From Candidatus Poribacteria bacterium (lineage in GTDB: Bacteria > Poribacteria > WGA-4E > UBA9662): DNA of 57,618 bases. The notes under the pieces were generated by a model. The model had not been told where the DNA came from. It searched no databases and was given only the letters and a program-made list of their open reading frames with translations. Made by a program: the position numbers and the translations under genes. The DNA lies in assembly GCA_046582655.1 (NCBI GenBank), contig JAYGDX010000163.1:1-57618 (forward strand), given 5' to 3'. Positions 32,525 to 40,918 of this stretch are shown here, in pieces (the first letter of the stretch is position 1; each line of letters begins with the position of its first letter).

Positions 32525-32743
32525 ATGATTCATATCTACGATGAACTTTGTAGCTATTGTGGGGCTTGTATTGCTGTTTGTCCGGAGAACATCATCATGC
32601 TGATGGATCTTCATTTGGAGATAGATCAGCCAAAATGTATCGATTGTGCTAAGTGTATAAAAGGGTGTCCAGTTGGTGCATTAGCAATGGAGAGAAACGG
32701 GAAAATTTACTATCCAGAATACGAAGGAAGAGGGTTATTTTAA
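32525..32743 (+). CDS. 2[4Fe-4S] ferredoxin
   Basis: CSYCGACIAVCP and CIDCAKCIKGCP motifs; AAGGAG RBS. Confidence 0.93.
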   Translation: MIHIYDELCSYCGACIAVCPENIIMLMDLHLEIDQPKCIDCAKCIKGCPVGALAMERNGKIYYPEYEGRGLF

Positions 32744-32748
32744 ACTAA

Positions 32749-33942
32749 ATGATTCATTCAGAATATGATGTGATTGTTGTTGGCGCGGGGCCAGGTGGCT
32801 CAATTTCGGCAAAGATTTGTGCTGAAAATGATTTACGTACCCTGTTGTTGGAAAAGCGTCAGGAGATTGGTGCGCCAGTTCGCTGAGCAGAGGGGATCGG
32901 TGCACCGGCGCTGCACGAATTTATTCAACCCGACCCTGCTTGGGTTTCGCGAGAAATTCATGGGGCACGAATTTTCTCGCCAAATGGAACACCGGTAAAG
33001 ATAGATCAACCTAACGCTGGCTATGTGCTTGAACGGAAAGTATTTGATCGCGCTCTGTCCGAAATGGCTGCTAGGGCTGGTGCCGATATTATTGTAAAAG
33101 CACCTGTTGTCGGCATTACAAAAGATAAAAACAGCTTTGTCAACGGTGTAACTTTTCGTTATAATCGGCGTGAATATACATCCAAAGCCAAAATTGTAAT
33201 TGCGGCTGACGGCATTGAATCGCAGGTTGGCCGATGGGCGGGCATCGATACCACTCATGATCTGCGTGACGTAGATGTCTGTGCCCAGTATTTGATATCC
33301 GGAATTGAGATCGAACCGGATCTCTGTGATTTCTACTTGGGACGTGAAATTGCACCGCGTGGCTATATCTGGGTTTTTCCGAAAGGTGACGATATTGCCA
33401 ACGTTGGTGTTGGTATCGGCGGGACAATATCCGGCAAGGGAGGGAAATTGGCAATCGATTACCTAAATGAGTTTGTGTTAAAAAGATTCCCAGGTGGAAA
33501 GATTTTGGCGCAAGTGGCAGGTTGTGTTCCCGTCGGTGATAGCCTTCCCGATTTAGTTGCTGATGGGATTATGTTGATTGGTGATGCTGCACACCACAGT
33601 GACCCTATATCGGGCGGGGGGATTGCCAATGCAATGTTTTCGGGTATGTTTGCGGCAGAAGCTGCCATTGAAGGAATCCGAATTGGTGATGTTTCAGCTG
33701 AGATATTGCGTATGTATCAAGTTCTTTGGGATAAAGATATTGGTGAAAACTTTAAGCATATCTGCCGAATTCGTGATAGTGTGCTCAAATTTAGTGATGA
33801 GTTATTTGATCGCTGCGCTAACGTTTTGAACAAGACGCCAAATAAAACTATTGACATGGTCACCATTTTTAAAACGGTTCTACGGCATCAGCCTCGTCTT
33901 TTGCTTGAATTGCGACATCTTGTGCTGGCTGGTTGGATTTAA
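32749..33942 (+). CDS. Archaeal-type digeranylgeranylglycerophospholipid reductase (geranylgeranyl reductase family), 397 codons with in-frame TGA at codon 46 (putative selenocysteine)
   Basis: ATG 32749 reads [34 protein letters not shown](32884-32886)-AEGIG and is in frame with ORF 33025-33942 ([46 protein letters not shown]). No other lesion is visible. Confidence 0.9.
32897..32918 (+). promoter_or_regulatory. Candidate SECIS hairpin after the reductase UGA
   Basis: UCG-GUGCA-CCGGCGC-UGCAC-GA: a 5-bp GUGCA/UGCAC stem extended past a single bulged G, starting 10-13 nt after the UGA, the spacing typical of bacterial SECIS elements. Confidence 0.55.
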
Positions 33943-33997
33943 TTGGGATTAACTGCAAGGCCGAACCTGAGATTCTAGTTGAAACTGTTAAAAAGAT

Positions 33998-34738
33998 ATG
34001 ATCAAACCGAACGCAACCCAACATTATCTCCAATCGATTTTGATGAAACACAGGGCTGGTTACTTTGTGTTGATTGATCCGGATCAACATACGGTTTCCA
34101 GTTGTGCTCGTTTGGGAGAACTCGCAGAAGCCTCGGGAGTAGACGCACTTCTACTCGGTGGCAGTTTTTTGACTACGGGTCTTGATCCTATCGTGGAATC
34201 TCTTAAAAAGGCGACCAAACTGCCCATCATTCTATTTCCCGGGTCAGCTCTTCAGCTCTCTCGAAACGCCGATGCAATCCTGTACCTCAGCTTGATTAGC
34301 AGTCGAAATCCACATTATTTGATTGGCGAACAGGTAAGGGCTGCTCCACTCGTTCGTCACATGGAGCTCGACGCAATTCCAACTGGTTATATGCTGATCG
34401 AAGGCGGCACCTCAACTTCTGTAAGCTTTATGAGTGGTTCTGCTCCTATACCACGAGATAAGTTGGATATTGCTTGGGCACACGCGCTAGCTGCCCAATA
34501 TATGGGGATGGCTCTCGTTTATCTTGAGGCGGGTAGCGGTGCCAAACTCACTGTTCCTTCCGAGATGATATCTGAGATCAAGGATATCCTTGAAATTCCG
34601 GTTATTGTTGGCGGCGGCATTAGGACTCCATCAATCGCTGCCGAAAAGGTCGAGGCGGGAGCGGACTTTATTGTAACTGGTAGTATCATTGAGAGCAATC
34701 CTTCGCTTATTGAGGCGTTTTCGGATGCAATACACTAG
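33998..34738 (+). CDS. Geranylgeranylglyceryl phosphate synthase (GGGPS/PcrB family, group II-like)
   Basis: LIDPD, LLLGGS, PIILFPG, ADAILYLSLISSRNPHYLIGEQ, IPTGYMLIEGG, YLEAGSGA and VGGGIRT. Confidence 0.93.
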   Translation: MIKPNATQHYLQSILMKHRAGYFVLIDPDQHTVSSCARLGELAEASGVDALLLGGSFLTTGLDPIVESLKKATKLPIILFPGSALQLSRNADAILYLSLISSRNPHYLIGEQVRAAPLVRHMELDAIPTGYMLIEGGTSTSVSFMSGSAPIPRDKLDIAWAHALAAQYMGMALVYLEAGSGAKLTVPSEMISEIKDILEIPVIVGGGIRTPSIAAEKVEAGADFIVTGSIIESNPSLIEAFSDAIH

Positions 34739-34783
34739 GGAATAGAAGAAAATAATTCCTAAAGGGAATAGGGAGAAGCTAAA

Positions 34784-35671
34784 TTGAAATCTAAGTTACA
34801 TCAGTCACCACGAGATACCAAGAAAAACAATACAGATATAATAATTCCTAGACTGCCGCAGAAAAGGAGGGGGTTTCTCAACCGGGCAAGCAAGAAGTCA
34901 GTAGGCCCCTCGCGAAACCAAATTCAGGAATTTCTCTTTCAGTGGATTGACACCCTACCCAAAAATGAGGCCCATATGTTACGTGGTATTTTTTCTCTCT
35001 CGACCACCACTGCTCGTGAGGTAATGGTACCACTTTCTGAATTGATGGCCGTCCATATCACAACATCAACAGAAGAACTGAAGGGACTAGTCCAAAAATC
35101 AAGTTGTCGGTATCTCCCCGTCTATGAAGAGCGAATTGATCGTTTGACCGGCATTGTTAGCATCGTCGAGATCCTATACGCGCCGAACCCATCTGATGAT
35201 TTAACCTCTCATATTCGTCACCCGTATTATATTCCTGAAACAAAATTGGCAAGTGATTTACTGGAGGAACTTCGCAAATCTGAGGATCCTGTTGCCATTG
35301 TTATTGATGAACATGGCGGTTGCGTCGGTTTCATTACCTTTGAAGATGTGCTTGAGGTGATTATTGGGGACATTACTTATAATTTTAAGAAGAATTCGAT
35401 GCATATTGAGGTTGCCAGTTCTGATACGTGGATAGTTGACGCACGTGCGTCAATTAACAGCGTAAACCAAGAACTTGGAACCAAAATCCCCAAGGATCGC
35501 TGTGATACAATTGGTGGATTCATATTAAAATTGCTTGGCCGGTTACCTGAACAGGGGGAGAAAATCAGTTTCAGTGAGATCGAATTTACAGTTGAAGAGG
35601 TATTCGGTTATGGTATATCTATACTACAAGCTAAAAGGGTGAAATTGGAGCTCCCAGTTGGAACAACGTAA
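34784..35671 (+). CDS. CBS-pair + CorC/HlyC domain protein (hemolysin/Mg-Co transporter-associated family)
   Basis: TAREVMVP, LPVYEERID, AIVIDEHGGCVGFITFEDVLEVIIGDI and DTIGGFI..GRLP..GE. Confidence 0.88.
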   Translation: MKSKLHQSPRDTKKNNTDIIIPRLPQKRRGFLNRASKKSVGPSRNQIQEFLFQWIDTLPKNEAHMLRGIFSLSTTTAREVMVPLSELMAVHITTSTEELKGLVQKSSCRYLPVYEERIDRLTGIVSIVEILYAPNPSDDLTSHIRHPYYIPETKLASDLLEELRKSEDPVAIVIDEHGGCVGFITFEDVLEVIIGDITYNFKKNSMHIEVASSDTWIVDARASINSVNQELGTKIPKDRCDTIGGFILKLLGRLPEQGEKISFSEIEFTVEEVFGYGISILQAKRVKLELPVGTT

Positions 35672-35736
35672 TATCCTGAACAAATTTCTTAGTTAGAAGT
35701 ATAAGTTACAGATCAAAAATGAGGCTGACATCCGAT

Positions 35737-35853
35737 GTGAAAAGGCAGTACAGAACCGGATGGGGGCGCATCATCTGGTACATGATTTTGCTAATTGTTA
35801 TTCTGATTCTGATATGGAAAATGCCAGATATTACGCCGATGTTGCGTTTCTGA
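35737..35853 (+). CDS. Small single-pass membrane protein (38 aa, or 44 aa from ATG 35719), missed by the ORF track
   Basis: GTG..TGA translates MKRQYRTGWGRIIWYMILLIVILILIWKMPDITPMLRF: a basic N-terminus followed by a hydrophobic helix; GAGG upstream. Confidence 0.55.
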   Translation: MKRQYRTGWGRIIWYMILLIVILILIWKMPDITPMLRF

Positions 35854-35927
35854 TCTAAAGTCTTGGTCTTTATTGTTTTAAATATTTTCTTGTGGTAATC
35901 ATTTTCGGTTTTGAGGAGTGATAAAGG

Positions 35928-37268
35928 TTGATGCGGAAATTATCCAGTTTCGTTGGTCTCACATGCTGTTTAGTTTTAGTTTGGCAGTTTAGTCTGGGTG
36001 CTGAAGACAAACTTGTCATCATGTCACCGCACTGGGAGGGAATTGAGAAAGAATTCGATCGTAACTTCAAAGAATGGTACCAATCTAAAACAGGGCGTGG
36101 TATTCGGTTGGATTGGATTGATCAAGGAGGTAGTTCATCCGATTTTCGTTTTATTGAGGCTGAATTTAAGCGCGCTCCGAAGGGAATCGGTATAGATCTC
36201 TTCTTTGGTGGTGGAACTGATAATTACATGAAACTTGCCGAGATGGGATTGCTGCATTCATTTAAACTCCCTGGAGAAGAATTAAATCGTATACCGAAAG
36301 AGATTTATGGGATTCCAGTTTATGATTCCCAATACCGATGGTATGGAGCAGCACTGTCCAGTTTTGGCATTATGCATAATGAGTTTTTACGTCAGCGACT
36401 CAAATTGCCTGAGGCAAAGACTTGGCAGGATCTGACGCAACCAGAACTGCTTGGTAGAATTGGTGCGGCTGATCCTCGCGAAAGTGGGAGCGCTCACATG
36501 ATCTATGAGATTATCCTGCAGGGCTACGGGTGGCAGAAAGGTTTTGCTCTGATTACCCAGTTGGGTGCCAACGTTAGAAGTTTCTCTGCTGGTGCAAACG
36601 CAATTCCGAAAGACGTTGTCAAAGGGCAGGTTATTTACGGCATGGCCATTGATTTCTACGCTTATGCTCAGATTGCGGTTGTTGGTAAAGAAAAAATCAA
36701 GTTCGTTATCCCTCCTGATGCCGCAGTGGTTAGTCCTGATTCAATTGCCATTTTAGTGGGTGCTGAGAACTTAGGAGCTGCGAAAGAATTTGTTACCTTT
36801 GTGCTGTCCGATACAGCTCAAAAACTGTGGGTTTTACCAAATGGCGATCCCGAAGGCCCAGAGTGGCCGGGCGGTCTGAATCGAGCCAGTGTGATTCCTG
36901 CGCTCTACGATGAACTCGGTGAGAGATGTGTGGTTCCGAATCCATTCACACGTAACTTGACGCCGATTCAATATGACGCCGAAAAAGGGGGAATCCGCTG
37001 GGATATTGTTAGTGATTTGATTGGTACATTGGTGATTGAAAATCACAAGAATCTAGTCGAAGCATGGAAAGCAATTAACAAAACAAAGGATCTTCAAAAA
37101 CGTGCAGCTGCTATCCAAATTTTGGGCGAAATTCCCCTTACGGAGGAGGAAGCTATGCACCTGTCGAAAACAGAGTGGAAAAAGTCCGATTTCCGCAATC
37201 GCAAGTTGAAGGAGTGGGGACAGTTCAGCCGAGAGAAATTCAGACGCGCCAAAAAAATTGCCAAATAA
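35928..37268 (+). CDS. ABC transporter substrate-binding protein (Fe3+/AfuA-FbpA-like family)
   Basis: Signal peptide, LVIMSPH, IDLFFGGG, TWQDL, ADPRESGS, AIDFYA and PDSIAIL. No permease gene is adjacent. Confidence 0.8.
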   Translation: MMRKLSSFVGLTCCLVLVWQFSLGAEDKLVIMSPHWEGIEKEFDRNFKEWYQSKTGRGIRLDWIDQGGSSSDFRFIEAEFKRAPKGIGIDLFFGGGTDNYMKLAEMGLLHSFKLPGEELNRIPKEIYGIPVYDSQYRWYGAALSSFGIMHNEFLRQRLKLPEAKTWQDLTQPELLGRIGAADPRESGSAHMIYEIILQGYGWQKGFALITQLGANVRSFSAGANAIPKDVVKGQVIYGMAIDFYAYAQIAVVGKEKIKFVIPPDAAVVSPDSIAILVGAENLGAAKEFVTFVLSDTAQKLWVLPNGDPEGPEWPGGLNRASVIPALYDELGERCVVPNPFTRNLTPIQYDAEKGGIRWDIVSDLIGTLVIENHKNLVEAWKAINKTKDLQKRAAAIQILGEIPLTEEEAMHLSKTEWKKSDFRNRKLKEWGQFSREKFRRAKKIAK

Positions 37269-38091
37269 TCCAGATTTCCCCTTTCGTTTCATTCGTTTGA
37301 TTATTTTAACAAATTAGGTGGTTCGAGTTTTGAGTTCCGTTCCCTTTTTCTTTCAGCCAGATACCGTTCTCGCCGAACGCCGATAGGCGACAAAAAATCC
37401 CTTATATTTGTCGTATATGTTGGCACGGTATTGCATCCCCGAACAACTCTGGTGTTGGGTGTGTGATATCTCAATGGCCTCTACCCAGCTGTCATCATCG
37501 GGGTTAGTTTGTGGAAACTGCCAGATGTTTCCACCCCTTTACTGCTAGCTTTGATTTGTTGTCTGAAGAAGTCATCCACCTTTTGAAGTATAAGAAGCGG
37601 TTGGTGATTGCTGAGTGTCTGATCGATCTAATAGTGTAATATTTTCTGGTTGACCTCGGCTTGGCAACATACGATTTGGTAATATCTATACCGCATTCAT
37701 TGGAAATGGTATCCAAATCGCGGTTTCAGCCAAGCTGGACTTTTGGCAGGAGGGATCGAAAAAATGGAATATACCGATGCGTTCGGATCTTCTCCTGCGT
37801 TTCAAAAACACAGTTGCACTAATTGGTTTAGATTCTCAGGCCAATTAGGTTTGTATAATATAAACGGTGCCTTTGGGCTGAGTTTATCCCGCCAAACTCA
37901 AGGTCGGAGTATGCTGTTAATCGAGTATATGCTGATCTCACCGAGCTAACTATCAATGAGGCTGTAACTGTTTTGCCGCCGCCTTATCCCGAATATGCTG
38001 TTGATGTTCTAACACTATCACGAACCAGATAAAATTTTTAAACCATGGTAACCAGCTTGAGTTTGATAACGTGCAGTCTTAATTCTGCACC

Positions 38092-38121
38092 TTGACGAAT
38101 TCCCAAATTTTGTGTCATAAT
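38092..38121 (+). promoter_or_regulatory. Putative sigma70 promoter of gap operon
   Basis: TTGACG-18 nt-CATAAT with an extended -10 TG; GGAGG RBS before ATG 38157. Confidence 0.55.
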
Positions 38122-38156
38122 TAAAAGTTATAATTTTTATGGAGGGGTATTATTGA

Positions 38157-39161
38157 ATGTCAACCAGAGTGGGAATCAACGGTTTTGGTCGTATTGGTCG
38201 GAACGCTTTCAGGGCTATATTAGGTAATCCGGATCTCCATATTGACGTTGTTGCTGTCAACGACCTAACTGAGCCCGATATGCTTGCTCATTTACTCAAG
38301 TACGATTCAGTACACGGTATTCTTGATGACGAGATTTCGGCTACAGGCGATGGGCTTTTAATTAACGGTAATGAGTTAAAAGTGTTGTCTGAACGAGACC
38401 CGGCTGATCTCTCTTGGGGAGAATTAGGTGTCGATATCGTTATTGAATCGACTGGTTTCTTCACTGAACGAGCCGACGCCGAAAAGCATATTTTATCAGG
38501 TGGCGCAAAGAAGGTACTTATTTCGGCACCATCCAAGAGTGAGGATATCACTGTCGTCATTGGGGTTAACGATGACAAATACGACTCAGACAAGCATCAT
38601 ATTATTTCTAACGCTTCTTGTACTACGAACTGTCTAGCGCCACTGGCTAAGGTGTTGATGGATAATTTTGGCATCAATAGAGGCCTGATGACTACCATTC
38701 ACGCTTATACGGGTGACCAGCGCGTTCACGATTTTCCGCATAAAGATATGCGGCGTGCCAGAGCGGCCGCCCTCTCAATGATTCCAACGACCACTGGAGC
38801 TGCTGTTGCTGTGTCCCGAGTACTTCCTGAATTGGAAGGGAAACTGGATGGCATGGCGATTCGAGTGCCGACTGTCAACGTTTCGATCGTTGATCTAACA
38901 GTTGATCTCCAGGAAAATGCCAGTGTTGAAGCAGTCAATGCCGTGGTTAGGAAGGCGGCTGAAAATGAACTAAATGGCATCCTTGGTTACTCTGAAGAGC
39001 CGTTAGTGTCTGTTGATTTCAATGGTAATAAACTATCATCGATTTTCGATGCGCCTTTTACCAATGCAATTGACGGTAACCTTATCAAGGTTTTATCTTG
39101 GTATGATAATGAAACCGGCTATTCTAACCGACTTGTTGAACTGGCATCCCGTCTGCTGTAA
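38157..39161 (+). CDS. gap: Type I glyceraldehyde-3-phosphate dehydrogenase
   Basis: GINGFGRIGR, SNASCTTNCLAP and WYDNE. Confidence 0.98.
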   Translation: MSTRVGINGFGRIGRNAFRAILGNPDLHIDVVAVNDLTEPDMLAHLLKYDSVHGILDDEISATGDGLLINGNELKVLSERDPADLSWGELGVDIVIESTGFFTERADAEKHILSGGAKKVLISAPSKSEDITVVIGVNDDKYDSDKHHIISNASCTTNCLAPLAKVLMDNFGINRGLMTTIHAYTGDQRVHDFPHKDMRRARAAALSMIPTTTGAAVAVSRVLPELEGKLDGMAIRVPTVNVSIVDLTVDLQENASVEAVNAVVRKAAENELNGILGYSEEPLVSVDFNGNKLSSIFDAPFTNAIDGNLIKVLSWYDNETGYSNRLVELASRLL

Positions 39162-39181
39162 AGTCAGGAAATTACGATTAC

Positions 39182-39943
39182 ATGAGAAAACCAATTATTG
39201 CGGGAAACTGGAAACTGAACAAGACAATCAGTCAAGCGGTTGATTTGGTCACTGAGCTCCAGGCGCTGGTAGCTGATGTGAGCGAAGTTGAGATTGTTGT
39301 AGCACCTGTTTTTACTGCTCTATCTGCGGTAGCTGCTGCCCTTAAGGAAAATCGAATTGGCCTGTCAGCTCAAGATCTGTATTGGGAAAAGAGTGGCGCT
39401 TTTACCGGTGAGGTTTCTGCAGAATTGCTTCGAGACGCAGGCTGTAGTTATGTAATTATTGGCCATTCAGAGCGTCGGCAATACTTTGGGGAAAATAACG
39501 AAATGGTCAATAAAAAGGTGAGATCTGCGCTGGACGCTCACCTGGCACCTATCATCTGTGTAGGCGAACATTTGGCTGAACGTCAAGCTGGGAAAACTGA
39601 GTCAGTCATCGAAGACCATGTGATGGGTGCGATTGAAGGACTGTCGGCTAATCAACTGCTGACATCAGTTATCGCTTATGAACCTGTCTGGGCGATTGGA
39701 ACTGGCCAGGTAGCTACACCGGATCAGGCACAGGAAGTACATGCGCATATCCGCCGATTGCTCGCGGGAAAGTATTCTAAAGAAGTGGCCAATCAAATAC
39801 AAATCCAATATGGTGGCAGCGTCAAGCCGGCGAATGCCACTGACTTGCTATCGCAAGTGGACGTTGATGGCGCGCTGGTAGGTGGTGCCAGCTTGGAAGC
39901 TGAGTCGTTTGCTGGTATAATTGCGGCTGCACGGAGGAATTAA
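39182..39943 (+). CDS. tpiA: Triosephosphate isomerase
   Basis: AGNWK, GHSERR, AYEPVWAIGTG, YGGSVK and LVGGASL. Confidence 0.98.
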   Translation: MRKPIIAGNWKLNKTISQAVDLVTELQALVADVSEVEIVVAPVFTALSAVAAALKENRIGLSAQDLYWEKSGAFTGEVSAELLRDAGCSYVIIGHSERRQYFGENNEMVNKKVRSALDAHLAPIICVGEHLAERQAGKTESVIEDHVMGAIEGLSANQLLTSVIAYEPVWAIGTGQVATPDQAQEVHAHIRRLLAGKYSKEVANQIQIQYGGSVKPANATDLLSQVDVDGALVGGASLEAESFAGIIAAARRN

Positions 39944-39944
39944 T

Positions 39945-40397
39945 ATGGGAATTGTTTTAGGGTTTATCGTTACTGTTTTTGTTGTCGTTTGCGTTTTGCT
40001 GGTGGTCATTATCCTGTTGCAGGATAGCAAGGGAGAAGGGCTGTCATCTAGCGCATTTGGCGGTGAAGGTTTACAATCGGTTTTGGGAGGACACGGAGCC
40101 GCAACTTTTCTTAGCAGAGCGACAGCATGGCTGGCAGGGTCTTTTCTATTGATCTCTCTCTTGCTGATGAAATTCTATGGAGACACGACAGGTGGTCAAT
40201 TGTCACCGATAGGGGATGAGACTGAAAAATCGTCAGTTCAATCAGTATCCCCTGAAACAGAGACTGAAGAAACAGTTGATCAATCGGACCAAGCATCAGA
40301 TCAGAAGACACCAGCAGTTGAAACCAATCAGACGGATGCAACTAAGGATATCAAAACCAATGCAGAAACAACAGGCGATGCCGGTTTTGATTTTTAA
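39945..40397 (+). CDS. secG: Preprotein translocase subunit SecG with long acidic C-terminal tail
   Basis: Two TMs flanking ILLQDSKGEGLSSSAFGG..ATFLSRATAW; canonical position after tpiA; GGAGG RBS before ATG 39945. Confidence 0.9.
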   Translation: MGIVLGFIVTVFVVVCVLLVVIILLQDSKGEGLSSSAFGGEGLQSVLGGHGAATFLSRATAWLAGSFLLISLLLMKFYGDTTGGQLSPIGDETEKSSVQSVSPETETEETVDQSDQASDQKTPAVETNQTDATKDIKTNAETTGDAGFDF

Positions 40398-40447
40398 GAT
40401 TAGTGTGATAAGGAACAGAAGGTCAACTGGATTTATCTTGGATTCTG

Positions 40448-40870
40448 ATGTCGACGCAGGAGCCTCCACAATACGTTTGGGTTGTCCATCCTTTGTTTGA
40501 TAGCCCCAAAAAATCGGTTTTCTTGGTTTCCTTCCTGATTTTTTTGCTGGTGGGTATTCAATTTCTTTTCGGTTCGTTGGGTATCACGCTTCTTTCTATC
40601 GTTTTCCTTTTTGGGTCGCTGCGTCAGTATTTTTTGCCGTTTCGTTACGAAGTTTACAATAACCAAATTACTGTTTCCTCGTTTTTGTCAAAACAAGATC
40701 GAGCATGGAATGAGTTTCGCAGTTATTATGTTGATCAACACGGGATTTTGCTCAGCCCGTTCCCAAAGCCGTCTCGATTGGAGAACTTTCGCGGGATTTA
40801 TGTTCGTTTTGGGCTGGATAGGTCTATGGTTCTGGATCTCATCCAGAGCAAGATCGAAATGGATGATTAA
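40448..40870 (+). CDS. Hypothetical membrane protein (two TMs plus a small soluble domain)
   Basis: 140-aa ORF in the co-directional run; YFLP..Y and LLSPF..PSRLENFRG look like conserved motifs. Confidence 0.65.
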   Translation: MSTQEPPQYVWVVHPLFDSPKKSVFLVSFLIFLLVGIQFLFGSLGITLLSIVFLFGSLRQYFLPFRYEVYNNQITVSSFLSKQDRAWNEFRSYYVDQHGILLSPFPKPSRLENFRGIYVRFGLDRSMVLDLIQSKIEMDD

Positions 40871-40918
40871 TCAGCACTGGAAGCGAAGTGACTATTTATT
40901 TTAGTAAGGAGAAAATGT

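Noticed and set aside
32774..32998. 74-aa plus-strand ORF between the ferredoxin and the 33025 ORF
   Set aside because: It is an out-of-frame shadow of the true reductase N-terminus (32749 frame), which carries the GAGPGG motif.
20864..33942. Genome-wide reassignment of UGA (genetic code 4 or 25) as the explanation for in-frame TGAs
   Set aside because: prfB is present with its UGA-dependent frameshift, and genes such as lysS and the SDR end at TGA at their expected C-termini.
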